64,000 bases of DNA, taken from assembly GCA_018825365.1 (NCBI GenBank), contig JAHJEV010000003.1, forward strand, positions 387,669-451,668, in the 5' to 3' direction. A program made the translations under genes and the position numbers. Source of the DNA: Patescibacteria group bacterium (lineage in GTDB: Bacteria; Patescibacteriota; WWE3; UBA101185; UBA10185). The notes beneath the pieces were generated by a model. It saw only the letters and a program-made list of their open reading frames with translations, had not been told where the DNA came from and made no database searches. Shown one piece after another: positions 1 to 8,316 of this stretch (positions are counted from its first letter, which is position 1; each line of letters begins with the position of its first letter).

Positions 1-29
1 TCATATACTCGGAATATATCCCGAATGGA

Positions 30-770
30 CTAAAGGTTCAAGGAATTATTTGTCTGCACATTTCGTAAAGCAACAAGTGCTTTCTCCATAAATTCTTCAT
101 TCATTGACCACCCACTGCCTATGCATTCATGGATAACACCTTCTAAAGACTTACCCAAAGTCTTCCTGGCCACTTCCAACTTACTATCCCAAGAATTAAT
201 TTTTGGTGAAATACTTCCGATTGGTTCTACAACGGGGGCGAATTCCGCCATCAAAGCATAAGTTATACCCTCATCAAGAAGACCAGCATCTGCATTTTCT
301 TTATTTTCAAAACCATGGGATTCAATATACCGGGCAAACTTACTGTGTGGTTTAGAGTCAAGAAGGACATGTGTACTTTCGTGCAAAGCTGTGGAAGCTT
401 GTACAGCACAGAATATATCTCTAGCCTGCTTTTTGCTGACACTTATATTCATCTCAGAAAGCGATTTAGATAATATTTCGTCAATTCCAGCTTTTAAACC
501 AGGGGTATATACCGTAACCTCTATGCCACTTTCGTCCTCCACACACTCTCCGCTTCCTAACTTTCCATTTTTTAAGTTAACCGATATATCTTTGGATGTT
601 GCGGTTTGGGAGGAGTACGATCCAAGGAAATTTTTTATTTTGCAAAGGTTTTCAACAACCTTTTCTTTTTCAAGCTCCTTGCTGGTATAAAAGACTTCGT
701 CCACATCAGCCGGTTCCCTTTTGTCCTCAACACGTATCTGCATTTCGGGAGGATCGTCTAAGGTAGTCAT
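30..770 (-). CDS. Zincin-like metallopeptidase (HExxH ... EGxxY, Peptidase_MA_2-like); C-terminus lies near the window start
   Basis: 246-aa ORF with HESTH motif and downstream LDEGITYAL (Glu as third zinc ligand). Paralogous in motif layout to ORF 2121..2747. Confidence 0.5.
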   Translation of the reverse strand: MTTLDDPPEMQIRVEDKREPADVDEVFYTSKELEKEKVVENLCKIKNFLGSYSSQTATSKDISVNLKNGKLGSGECVEDESGIEVTVYTPGLKAGIDEILSKSLSEMNISVSKKQARDIFCAVQASTALHESTHVLLDSKPHSKFARYIESHGFENKENADAGLLDEGITYALMAEFAPVVEPIGSISPKINSWDSKLEVARKTLGKSLEGVIHECIGSGWSMNEEFMEKALVALRNVQTNNSLNL

Positions 771-976
771 TTCTCAAAAGTTATCGCCTGAACAGGACAC
801 TTTTGGGCTGCGTCCTCAAGTTTTTCATCTTCTACATTTTCAGCGCCTTGTTTTACAAATGATTTTGCTTTGGATTCGTCGAAACCAAAGGCATCCGGTA
901 CAACCACTCCGCAGGCTCCGCAGCCGATACATTTTTCCTGGTCAAGATTTACTTTTTTAATTTTCTTTTCCTGCAT
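767..976 (-). CDS. Small 4Fe-4S ferredoxin
   Basis: 69 aa with CIGCGACGVVVP ... KCPVQAI (CxxCxxC...CP cluster-binding pattern). Confidence 0.6.
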   Translation of the reverse strand: MQEKKIKKVNLDQEKCIGCGACGVVVPDAFGFDESKAKSFVKQGAENVEDEKLEDAAQKCPVQAITFEK

Positions 977-1045
977 ATCTATATTTTACCAATTTTAAAG
1001 CGGAAATATAAGGATTTTGGTGGTAAAATGCTATTTGTTAACCAT

Positions 1046-1119
1046 TGGGGGATCGTCTAAAGGTAGGACGTCGCGCCCTGAACGCGATAATTGGGGTTCG
1101 AGTCCCTGTCCCCCAGCCA
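1046..1119 (+). tRNA. tRNA-Gln (anticodon CUG) with unusual C at position 33
   Basis: Manually folded cloverleaf. Acceptor TGGGGGA/TCCCCCA, D-stem GTCT/GGAC, anticodon stem TCGCG/CGCGA with loop CCCTGAA (CTG at 34-36). T-arm TGGGG-TTCGAGT-CCCTG, discriminator G, encoded CCA. Confidence 0.6.
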
Positions 1120-1199
1120 GAACGGGCACCCTATGCGTCCCGCTTCCCTCGAATACACTACAACAGCTTGATAAAAACCCTATTGAAAATCTCTTAGTT

Positions 1200-1232
1200 C
1201 GAACCAAAATGAGCCTTTGGTGGCTTGATATA
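1200..1232 (+). promoter_or_regulatory. Extended -10 promoter (TGaTATAAT) directly upstream of ATG 1241, implying a leaderless or near-leaderless transcript
   Basis: Sequence cttgaTATAATactcatATG. TGnTATAAT lies 10 nt before the start codon and there is no SD. Confidence 0.35.
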
Positions 1233-1240
1233 ATACTCAT

Positions 1241-1972
1241 ATGAAGTTAAAGTCACTTGAAAATTTTGATGAATCAATAAATAAAACCCTGAATTTATAT
1301 AGACTTGTAAACCAAAATATTAACTTTACAAAGGGCTTTATAGAGTATTTTGGGATTGAAAAACTATCAGCTCAAGAAGATAGAAAACGCGCTGAAGGTT
1401 ACAAAAATATTCTTAATATGGAGATTCCAAATGAGAACCTCGAATATTTTTCTGAAATATCTTTTGTTGCAATGTTCTCAAACTTCGAATTATTCCAAGT
1501 AGACTTACTAAAAGAGCTCTGGACCAAATATTCTAAATCCTTTGATACAAATACTGGTTATACTTACAACGAAATTAAAGATTTTACAAGTATAAAGAAA
1601 TTTAGAGACTATATTATTGATAAAGAGGCAAATAGTAAGTCCATTAATATAGCTGACTGGGGAAAATACTTGGAAAATACATTCAAAATAACTCCTTTTG
1701 AAACAAAAAGAGGAAATTTATTAGACGGGATTATCCATATGGGACAGATACGGGATGCGTTAATGCATTCAGGAGGTAAAGTGAGCTCGATACTACTTTC
1801 AAAACTAAAAAAGTATAATTATGAAGGTGAAAAATATAACATAGGAGATCAATTTCTGAAAAAATGGACCTACGACAAAATATTTATCATTCAAGCAGGC
1901 TTACTCAAAGAAGTGCATAACAACATACAAAAATGGGCATCCGTGAAGAATAAACCATACGAAAGTTCTTGA
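1241..1972 (+). CDS. Hypothetical protein (first gene of the accessory island downstream of tRNA-Gln)
   Basis: 243-aa ORF, AT-rich, no recognisable motif. Its stop codon overlaps repeat copy a. Confidence 0.5.
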   Translation: MKLKSLENFDESINKTLNLYRLVNQNINFTKGFIEYFGIEKLSAQEDRKRAEGYKNILNMEIPNENLEYFSEISFVAMFSNFELFQVDLLKELWTKYSKSFDTNTGYTYNEIKDFTSIKKFRDYIIDKEANSKSINIADWGKYLENTFKITPFETKRGNLLDGIIHMGQIRDALMHSGGKVSSILLSKLKKYNYEGEKYNIGDQFLKKWTYDKIFIIQAGLLKEVHNNIQKWASVKNKPYESS

Positions 1973-1990
1973 CCGACATGATCAGCCAAT
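1965..1990 (+). repeat. Short island repeat copy a (GTTCTTGACCGACATGATCAGCCAAT)
   Basis: Member of the 7-copy family GTTCTAGACC-N7-CTCAGCCA. A TTGAATGTTC fragment follows at 2013..2022. Confidence 0.7.
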
Positions 1991-2120
1991 CGGGACGGCT
2001 AAGGCTGCCATCTTGAATGTTCAATTTTCTTTATTATCTAGCTTTAGAATTTCATACTATATAAATGGATGACATAAAATGGGGTTAATGCAAGGTGTGT
2101 CACTCGTTACCTTTAACGAA

Positions 2121-2747
2121 TTAAAGTAGCTTATTAATTTCGGTGTAAGAAAGCTCGACTCCGAATATTTCAGTAAAAATTTTATCTACATCCTCTGAAT
2201 TTTTGTTGCCACGTAATTTCCTAATAAAAACCAAAAGCTTGTCCTTTCCAAATTTGTTGATTAAACACCCTATAACGAAACCCGCCTCCTTGTATATTTT
2301 GGCGTCTGTTTTATCGTAGTAGTCCAAGAAAGTTGTAAATTTTGTAGGTCTCTGCTTGTAACGAGCCAATTGGTTTGAAAGATAGATGCTTAGGCCTTCT
2401 GTAAGCCATCTTGGATTATCTGTAGCCGTTAAACTCTTGTAAAAATAGTGAATAACCTCATGCTTAATAAGCCTGGAATACTCATCATCAGTGTATTTAT
2501 GATTGCTCTCCTTTTCATAGTTATTAGGGTTTAGTAAGAATATATATTTACCATTGCCCCAACCCACGACCCATGCTTCGGTTTTAGTACCGTAGGCATA
2601 ATCAATACATTCTCTATCATCTATTAAACAAAATTTTGGTTCATTGTATGGTTTTTTGACATCAAAGAAGCTTTCCACTTCGGAAAGACCCTTCAAACAT
2701 AGTTGTTCTATTTTTTGATCATCTAATTTAGAAACTTTTAATATCAT
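2121..2747 (-). CDS. Zincin-like metallopeptidase (HEVIH ... WLTEGLSIY; Peptidase_MA_2-like)
   Basis: 208 aa with HExxH plus downstream EGxxxY. Sits directly downstream on the same strand of the Cys-rich peptide and the rSAM gene. Confidence 0.55.
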   Translation of the reverse strand: MILKVSKLDDQKIEQLCLKGLSEVESFFDVKKPYNEPKFCLIDDRECIDYAYGTKTEAWVVGWGNGKYIFLLNPNNYEKESNHKYTDDEYSRLIKHEVIHYFYKSLTATDNPRWLTEGLSIYLSNQLARYKQRPTKFTTFLDYYDKTDAKIYKEAGFVIGCLINKFGKDKLLVFIRKLRGNKNSEDVDKIFTEIFGVELSYTEINKLL

Positions 2748-2823
2748 ATTATTTTAAAGAAAGATGGTACCTTCGGTGATTGTTGTTAGCATTCACAGAA
2801 GGTACCTAATTCGTACAGACACA

Positions 2824-2955
2824 TTACTGATCGTCAGTAGGCCCATTGTTGGTGTCATTGCACATGGTGTCACAGGGCGGATCTTGGCCAGGGCCATACA
2901 ACTCGTCACAATCACAACTCGCCTGCACATCAAGAGCTACCAAACCGAGTGCCAT
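2824..2955 (-). CDS. Candidate RiPP precursor peptide, 43 aa, Cys/Asp-rich (MALGLVALDVQASCDCDELYGPGQDPPCDTMCNDTNNGPTDDQ)
   Basis: Hand-translated from the minus strand. AGGAGGTGA lies 6 nt upstream of the ATG and 25 nt after the rSAM stop. Four Cys, each followed by Asp/Asn. Not in the supplied ORF track, which shows only an antisense 93-aa ORF here. Confidence 0.5.
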   Translation of the reverse strand: MALGLVALDVQASCDCDELYGPGQDPPCDTMCNDTNNGPTDDQ

Positions 2956-2977
2956 TGTACTCACCTCCTTCCGGTTT

Positions 2978-4288
2978 CTAGACTTGTTCGACAATATGTC
3001 TCGTTATTAAAATGCTCATCGTTTCAAGTGCGTCAGACTCAGTAGCATTATAAGCTTGCGCTATCTGCTTGGCAGTTACTCCCTTCTCATTTAACGTTGA
3101 TTTTAGTATAGCATGAAGGGTTGAGTCTATTGCCTGCCAGTTGGCCGAGCTTCGATAAGCAATATAACCAAAATCCTCCTTGCGGAACCTTACCGAGGAC
3201 AATAACCTAATTACTGCACTTGCTGGAAATAGCTCGGGTTTGGCTACAAATCGTTGCGCAACTGGTTTTGAACCCAAACAGTAGGGATCACTACCAGATA
3301 GGTTTGTCCCTGCATTTAGTGACTCTATTCGGCATCCCGCACTACAAAACTTTGGATACTCTCGACACTCAACTGCACATGCTGCGGGTATGAGACTTCC
3401 ATCTCTCCACATACCCATATTCTGCCATGCCCCCAAAAGCCCGATTTCAATAGCATTCCCATAGGATATCGGGGCATGAGAACAAGGACGAATAGCTCCG
3501 TCAAACCCGAGAGTACAGCTGGTTCTGGCAGCAGAACAATGCCTGTCTCCAAACTCAGCGCGAGTTTCGTCATCTGGAAACAAACAAGCCGGGTATGGCT
3601 CCAATGAAGCTACCTGAATGCCAAAATCCCTCTTCAACCTTACAAGCTCCCTAAACATCTGCTGAATTTGCTGAGTCAAGAGCGAATACCCACTAAAGTC
3701 CTTGCAATTGAAGGGTTTGGATACTTTTGTTGCACAAAATGCCTGCGCGCCCAATTCGTAGGCCAATTTCCCGGTTTCGTAGATGGTATGGAAATTCTTT
3801 TGGGAAATAACCATGTTTACCGACACCCGAAAGCCATTTGCTATCGCAAGCCTAATGCCTGCAACAGTTCGACGATAGGCACCTTTCGTCTGGGCGATAT
3901 TATCGTTTAAAGTTGGATCAGCAGACATTAAAGAAGTTAGTATCGCTCTGATACCTAGTTGCCTCAGTAAAGAAATCATGCGTTTGTTCATTAGAGCTAG
4001 ATTTGTGTTAATGCTTATACGAACCCCGGCATCTTTCAAGGCAAGTAGCTCTGGCATAAGCTGTTCCAACACACCCAACGGTTCTCCACCAGTAAGAGTT
4101 ACGTGAAATACCTTGCTGTTGATTATCTCCTGTGCAGATTTGTTATGGACTTCCAGTTGTTTTGCACTAAGAGTCCGTTTTGGTCGCTTACCCCTACGCC
4201 AGTAGTTGTAGCAATGCACACAATTGTACGTGCACCACGGCGTAAGCTCCCATTGCACATCCAATGGTGCAGATAGTCTTGTGTACAC
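2978..4288 (-). CDS. Radical SAM/SPASM-domain peptide-modifying enzyme with C-terminal PqqD-like (RRE-like) domain
   Basis: CTYNCVHC (CxxxCxxC) near the N-terminus. Cys-rich SPASM region (CSAARTSC...CSHAP...CAVECREYPKFCSAGCR). C-terminal ~90 aa resembles the PqqD winged helix (YIAYRSSANWQAIDSTLHAIL...VTAKQIAQAYNATESDALETMSILITRHIV). GC content is much higher than the flanks. Confidence 0.85.
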   Translation of the reverse strand: MYTRLSAPLDVQWELTPWCTYNCVHCYNYWRRGKRPKRTLSAKQLEVHNKSAQEIINSKVFHVTLTGGEPLGVLEQLMPELLALKDAGVRISINTNLALMNKRMISLLRQLGIRAILTSLMSADPTLNDNIAQTKGAYRRTVAGIRLAIANGFRVSVNMVISQKNFHTIYETGKLAYELGAQAFCATKVSKPFNCKDFSGYSLLTQQIQQMFRELVRLKRDFGIQVASLEPYPACLFPDDETRAEFGDRHCSAARTSCTLGFDGAIRPCSHAPISYGNAIEIGLLGAWQNMGMWRDGSLIPAACAVECREYPKFCSAGCRIESLNAGTNLSGSDPYCLGSKPVAQRFVAKPELFPASAVIRLLSSVRFRKEDFGYIAYRSSANWQAIDSTLHAILKSTLNEKGVTAKQIAQAYNATESDALETMSILITRHIVEQV

Positions 4289-4378
4289 GTTTCACCTCCA
4301 TATTTAGGCTGATTATTTGATTAACAAAGTTCTTCGGGACAAATATAGAATAAATGATACAAAAAGTCAAGTTATTTG

Positions 4379-4537
4379 GCGTCATTGATACTTAAAAGGC
4401 AGTAAATGACAACCAACATTGCATAATATACCCAAGAGAATAAAACGAGACACTGAAACTGCCCTTTTTATAGTGTCTCATTTGTCTCATTTACATCCTG
4501 GAGAGTAAAATAGTTCTGAACCCGTATGCTCAGCCAG
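4379..4537 (+). repeat. Long island repeat copy 1 (~158 bp, ~90% identical to 9441..9597), ending in short-repeat copy b (4513..4537)
   Basis: Direct alignment by eye. Contains a TGcaTAATAT extended-10-like element and the hairpin GAGACACT-N17-AGTGTCTC (4447..4479). Lies upstream of ORF 4666. Confidence 0.7.
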
Positions 4538-4665
4538 TGAGATGAAAGCCGTGTATGTCCATTTATGTCACACAATGTTTACACTACCCCCGTATGCATT
4601 AGGATAGAGATTTAACCTCGGAGATGATATTCTAAAGTGGACGAAAATGTGTTTAAAAATTCATT

Positions 4666-5247
4666 ATGAAGCTTAATATATTTATAAAGTCGCTTGTGCT
4701 GAATGATTGTATTTTTTGGTTTTCAAACTATCTATTTCTTTCTATTGCAAGTATCCATATTTCAAAAAATATGGACAACGGTTCTACGCTAACTGCGGGC
4801 GTGTCTTTTGGAACATATTTCTTATTCAGGGGAATCACTGACCTGGTAAGCCCCCATCTTCACAAGAAACTTAGCACTAAAAACAAAGTTATTACTCTCA
4901 TTTTGTGTGTTTGTGCAGTATCCGCTGCCTTTTTCCTACTTTCATTTGTCAACAACGCCTATCTTGCAATCGTACTATTCGCAGCTATAGGTATCAGCCT
5001 AGGGATTTATAATCCCATCAAATATGCAGTTTTTTCTCTGCACTTGGATAAAAGTAAAGAGGAAAAAGAGTGGGGGCTAATGGATGGTGTTGGATTAATA
5101 AGTATCGCCCTCGCATCTTACCTTGGAAGTTATTTAGCGGAGAAAATTGGATTTGTTTACCTTCTAAGGATCTCCAGTCTTGGTTTTTTGCTTTCTACGC
5201 TTCCACTATTATTAAGGATACCGAGCTTACGCAAATATATATTTTAG
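4666..5247 (+). CDS. Membrane protein resembling the C-terminal half of an MFS transporter (possibly truncated)
   Basis: 193 aa with ~6 predicted TM helices. No N-terminal half is present. Confidence 0.4.
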   Translation: MKLNIFIKSLVLNDCIFWFSNYLFLSIASIHISKNMDNGSTLTAGVSFGTYFLFRGITDLVSPHLHKKLSTKNKVITLILCVCAVSAAFFLLSFVNNAYLAIVLFAAIGISLGIYNPIKYAVFSLHLDKSKEEKEWGLMDGVGLISIALASYLGSYLAEKIGFVYLLRISSLGFLLSTLPLLLRIPSLRKYIF

Positions 5248-5303
5248 CGACCGTGCAGAAATATTGGATCCTGGGCTGGGCCGTTAAGCCTGGGGAATAT
5301 AAT

Positions 5304-5329
5304 GGTTCTAGACCGACATGCTCAACCAG
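5304..5329 (+). repeat. Short island repeat copy c (GGTTCTAGACCGACATGCTCAACCAG)
   Basis: Family member lying between the ORF 4666 stop and the methyltransferase start. Confidence 0.7.
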
Positions 5330-5336
5330 TAAAAAT

Positions 5337-5933
5337 ATGTTAATGAATAAAATAGATATATTGTTAATAAATACCCCATTTAGAAAGTGGCTCTTAGATC
5401 GTGCTACCAAGAAGTACTATTTTGAGTATTTTCATGAATTGAAGGAGAAGACAGTTTTGGAAATAGGATGTGGAAGCGGTGGAGGGACGGAACTTATTCT
5501 AGAATATTTTTCCCCGCAACAAATAATTGCTACTGATCTTGATCCAAGATTAATTTCTCTGGCTAAAAGAAATGTTAAAAACAAAAAGGTTACTTTTGAA
5601 AAGGCTGACGCAACGAAGCTAACCTATGAGAATGAGGGGTTTGATGCAGTCTTTGATTACGGTGTAATTCATCATATTCCTTTGCCAGAATGGAAAAAAT
5701 GTTTAAACGAGACATATAGAGTGTTAAAACCGGGTGGAAAATTATTTGTATGGGATTTATCAATTGAATTTTTCAATACCGTTTATGGGAGAATAATCAA
5801 ATTCTTTAGTGTACATCCATACAGTAAGATGTATAGAAAACAAGAATTCGTGAATTACCTAAACTCAATAGGTTTTAAAATTATCAAAAGGGCTGAAGGA
5901 CCGAGGTACTTTGTTGTTATCGCAAAAAAGTAG
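5337..5933 (+). CDS. Class I SAM-dependent methyltransferase
   Basis: VLEIGCGSGGG motif I and an acidic motif II (ATDLD). Start set at ATG 5337 (MLMNKIDIL...). The longer track ORF from 5070 would read through repeat copy c. Confidence 0.7.
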   Translation: MLMNKIDILLINTPFRKWLLDRATKKYYFEYFHELKEKTVLEIGCGSGGGTELILEYFSPQQIIATDLDPRLISLAKRNVKNKKVTFEKADATKLTYENEGFDAVFDYGVIHHIPLPEWKKCLNETYRVLKPGGKLFVWDLSIEFFNTVYGRIIKFFSVHPYSKMYRKQEFVNYLNSIGFKIIKRAEGPRYFVVIAKK

Positions 5934-6006
5934 AAATTATGAGATTAACCCAATTCTTATAGTAGATCGCTATTGCATGATTAGCGTTTAGTTATAATGA
6001 TTGAAT

Positions 6007-6034
6007 GGTTCTAGACCGACATGCTCAGCCAACC
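6007..6034 (+). repeat. Short island repeat copy d (GGTTCTAGACCGACATGCTCAGCCAACC), preceded by TTGAATG
   Basis: Family member after the methyltransferase stop, flanked by a GGTT/AACC inverted repeat. Confidence 0.7.
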
Positions 6035-6140
6035 AGCTTTCATAGCAACATTAACTCAGTAGTTCGTAGGTATGGGTGGAACTCCACAAAATAAAAGGGC
6101 TTGCTTTGGTAACAAACCCTTTTGGACTATAGCGAAACCG

Positions 6141-6371
6141 TTAAATGTGATGAACTGGCTCTTCTTTACAAAGCTTATGTACAAAGCAAGACACATTTGG
6201 ATACTTAGTATCCAGCTGCTCGAACAAAAGCTTTAAGTCAACTCCAGAAGCCACAAAAGTTCCGTCTACATAGGCAACATAAGTGCCTTCCAGCAACTCC
6301 CCCAAAAGGCGATCTTTATCCTTCTCGTAAGCTTGCCAATTAACATCCGGTTTATTTGGTTTATTGGCCAT
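6141..6371 (-). CDS. Hypothetical small protein
   Basis: 76-aa ORF preceded by aaggagactgaaaATG. Confidence 0.4.
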   Translation of the reverse strand: MANKPNKPDVNWQAYEKDKDRLLGELLEGTYVAYVDGTFVASGVDLKLLFEQLDTKYPNVSCFVHKLCKEEPVHHI

Positions 6372-6482
6372 TTTCAGTCTCCTTCTTTTAGATTTTCTGG
6401 ATTATAGCACTTTCATAGAAGTTCCATATCTAATACTTAATACGAATTAACTAGAGTCAGTCAAAAAGTTCAAATAGCGTAC

Positions 6483-7601
6483 GTGACTGCCAGCCATTTT
6501 TCAACAAAGTTTTTTGCTACAATTAAGAAAACTATTATGAAGATTAAAGATTGGCATTTAATAGGCTTATCAGTATTTATATTCTTCTTAGATTTACTCA
6601 CATTAGGAAATCGTCAAGTTATTGATAATCAAGTAACTAATAAGATTGCTTTTGTTATTGCGTTACTGTGTGTTTTTACTTTTCTGTTTGGCATCATAAA
6701 AACTGTACGCAATATTTTTTCACATAGGAAAGTTGTAGATAAAATAAAAATAGAGCAGGAGGAAAAGCAGGGAAGTAGAGCAACCGGGGTAGAGATACGC
6801 CTTCGTAAACTTGTTGGAGTACTACTGATAGTGAGTGTTTCTCCATTGCTTTTATTCGGCCCATATATTATTTTGGGATTACCCAATCTTTTTTTAGCCT
6901 TATATCTGTTGTTAAACCGCCGATATCATCTTCTTTTTGATGGTTTACTTGTTTTCATTGGATGCGTAGGTTTCTATCTAAATAATTTAACTTTATATAA
7001 AAAAATAGAACTGTCTGTTTGTCCTGGATTAATCAATATCAATGAAATTCTTATAGTAAATGTTATCCCAGGATTAATCACATCTCTTTTTTTACTGGCT
7101 CCGTTATTCCTTTTTGTGGGAGACATTATTGCTCGATTGAAACTCGCGCACAAAGAAAGGTTATGTGTTATTTCCTTAATAACTATTGTTCTAGCGTTAC
7201 TTTTTCTTCCCTTTTTACATACTCCGAGAGTTGCTTTAGGAGAAGCAACAGGCGGTGGAACGGGCGGTGGAAAAGGTGGTCTACAACATTTTTCTGCATG
7301 GAATACTCAATTTCTCATGTCATATGATCAAACCTTAAAGTCTTATATATTCACTGCTCAAATGCCCAATCAAGACAGCAACAATTCCTCTTCAATAACT
7401 AACATCTGTGTTGATGGTAACCTTATCTCGATTACTAAAGAAAATGACATGTTACAGGTAGACAATGGGGTAATTTCCGATGGAAAAATTTCGGTAGCTC
7501 CCGGACAGACGGCTACTATTAAACTGGTTTCTCAAAAACCCTTCTATGTGGTTTCTTTATTTGAAGGAATATTTCATTATTTAAATAGCTTTCTTAAATA
7601 A
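6483..7601 (+). CDS. Hypothetical polytopic membrane protein with Gly-rich segment (GEATGGGTGGGKGG)
   Basis: 372-aa ORF with multiple hydrophobic helices. Start uncertain: GTG 6483 or ATG 6537. Confidence 0.45.
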   Translation: MTASHFSTKFFATIKKTIMKIKDWHLIGLSVFIFFLDLLTLGNRQVIDNQVTNKIAFVIALLCVFTFLFGIIKTVRNIFSHRKVVDKIKIEQEEKQGSRATGVEIRLRKLVGVLLIVSVSPLLLFGPYIILGLPNLFLALYLLLNRRYHLLFDGLLVFIGCVGFYLNNLTLYKKIELSVCPGLININEILIVNVIPGLITSLFLLAPLFLFVGDIIARLKLAHKERLCVISLITIVLALLFLPFLHTPRVALGEATGGGTGGGKGGLQHFSAWNTQFLMSYDQTLKSYIFTAQMPNQDSNNSSSITNICVDGNLISITKENDMLQVDNGVISDGKISVAPGQTATIKLVSQKPFYVVSLFEGIFHYLNSFLK

Positions 7602-7612
7602 GTTAAAACGTA

Positions 7613-7660
7613 GAGACTCTCAGCTGGTTCTAGACCCGTATATTCAGCCAGAAAGGTCTC
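7613..7660 (+). repeat. Short island repeat copy e (core GGTTCTAGACCCGTATATTCAGCCAG, 7626..7651) with flanking imperfect inverted repeat GAGACTCTCAGCTGG / CCAGAAAGGTCTC
   Basis: Family member immediately after the ORF 6483..7601 stop. Confidence 0.7.
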
Positions 7661-8254
7661 TTGTTTCTCCACCGATATGTATCTTATACTAACTATGTGG
7701 TAAGCGAGATTATTCCAGTGGAACCAATAGAAGTATTAGCATCTTTTTTGGTATCTAACAATGTTATTGGATTTGTAAATGAGCATAAATCATTTAATGG
7801 TGCCACGCTCCAGCGTTATATAAAACAACAATATGATTTCTATAATAAATTGCCCAAAACAATTTTAGAAGCAAGGGTACACGATAAAAATAGGCTGAGT
7901 AGAATATTTAAGCACAGGTGGTTTTTACAAATAGTACCGTTAAAGTATATAGGGGTATGGCCGGGTGTTGGAGATTTACCTAAAGAATGGAGTGCTTTTT
8001 CTGTGCTTGACATTAGCAAACGTCTAGAGGGTACAAACAAAACCCTCCATTCAGTTCAAAAAATATATTCTATGATTCCATACATTAATGAAATACTTTA
8101 TCTATTACCCCCAATTCTTGTTATGGGTAGTGAGATACGAGATATAAACAATAACCAACTAATGCCATTTGATGCAGACGATGGCTCTCACAGGTGTATA
8201 GCTGCTGCTTTAAACGGCGTGGAAGAAGTTAAATGCTATGTCGGACTATCCTAA
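7661..8254 (+). CDS. Hypothetical protein with ParB/Srx/DGQHR-like motif (FDADDGSHRCIAAALNG)
   Basis: 197-aa ORF. The DGSHR..AA motif resembles the ParB-like nuclease and DndB DGQHR signature. Confidence 0.4.
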   Translation: MFLHRYVSYTNYVVSEIIPVEPIEVLASFLVSNNVIGFVNEHKSFNGATLQRYIKQQYDFYNKLPKTILEARVHDKNRLSRIFKHRWFLQIVPLKYIGVWPGVGDLPKEWSAFSVLDISKRLEGTNKTLHSVQKIYSMIPYINEILYLLPPILVMGSEIRDINNNQLMPFDADDGSHRCIAAALNGVEEVKCYVGLS

Positions 8255-8316
8255 TCAGATCTAATATAAATTTATTAATTAGATACACTCCGATGCCTAA
8301 GTTATAATATCAAAGT

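Noticed and set aside
1017-1244. Two overlapping 69-75-aa ORFs on both strands
   Set aside because: They span the tRNA-Gln gene and its flanks; the tRNA fold is far better supported.
2764-3045. 93-aa plus-strand ORF in the track
   Set aside because: It lies antisense to the SD-preceded Cys-rich peptide and the rSAM 3' end, with no RBS. It is most likely an artefact of the high-GC minus-strand coding region.
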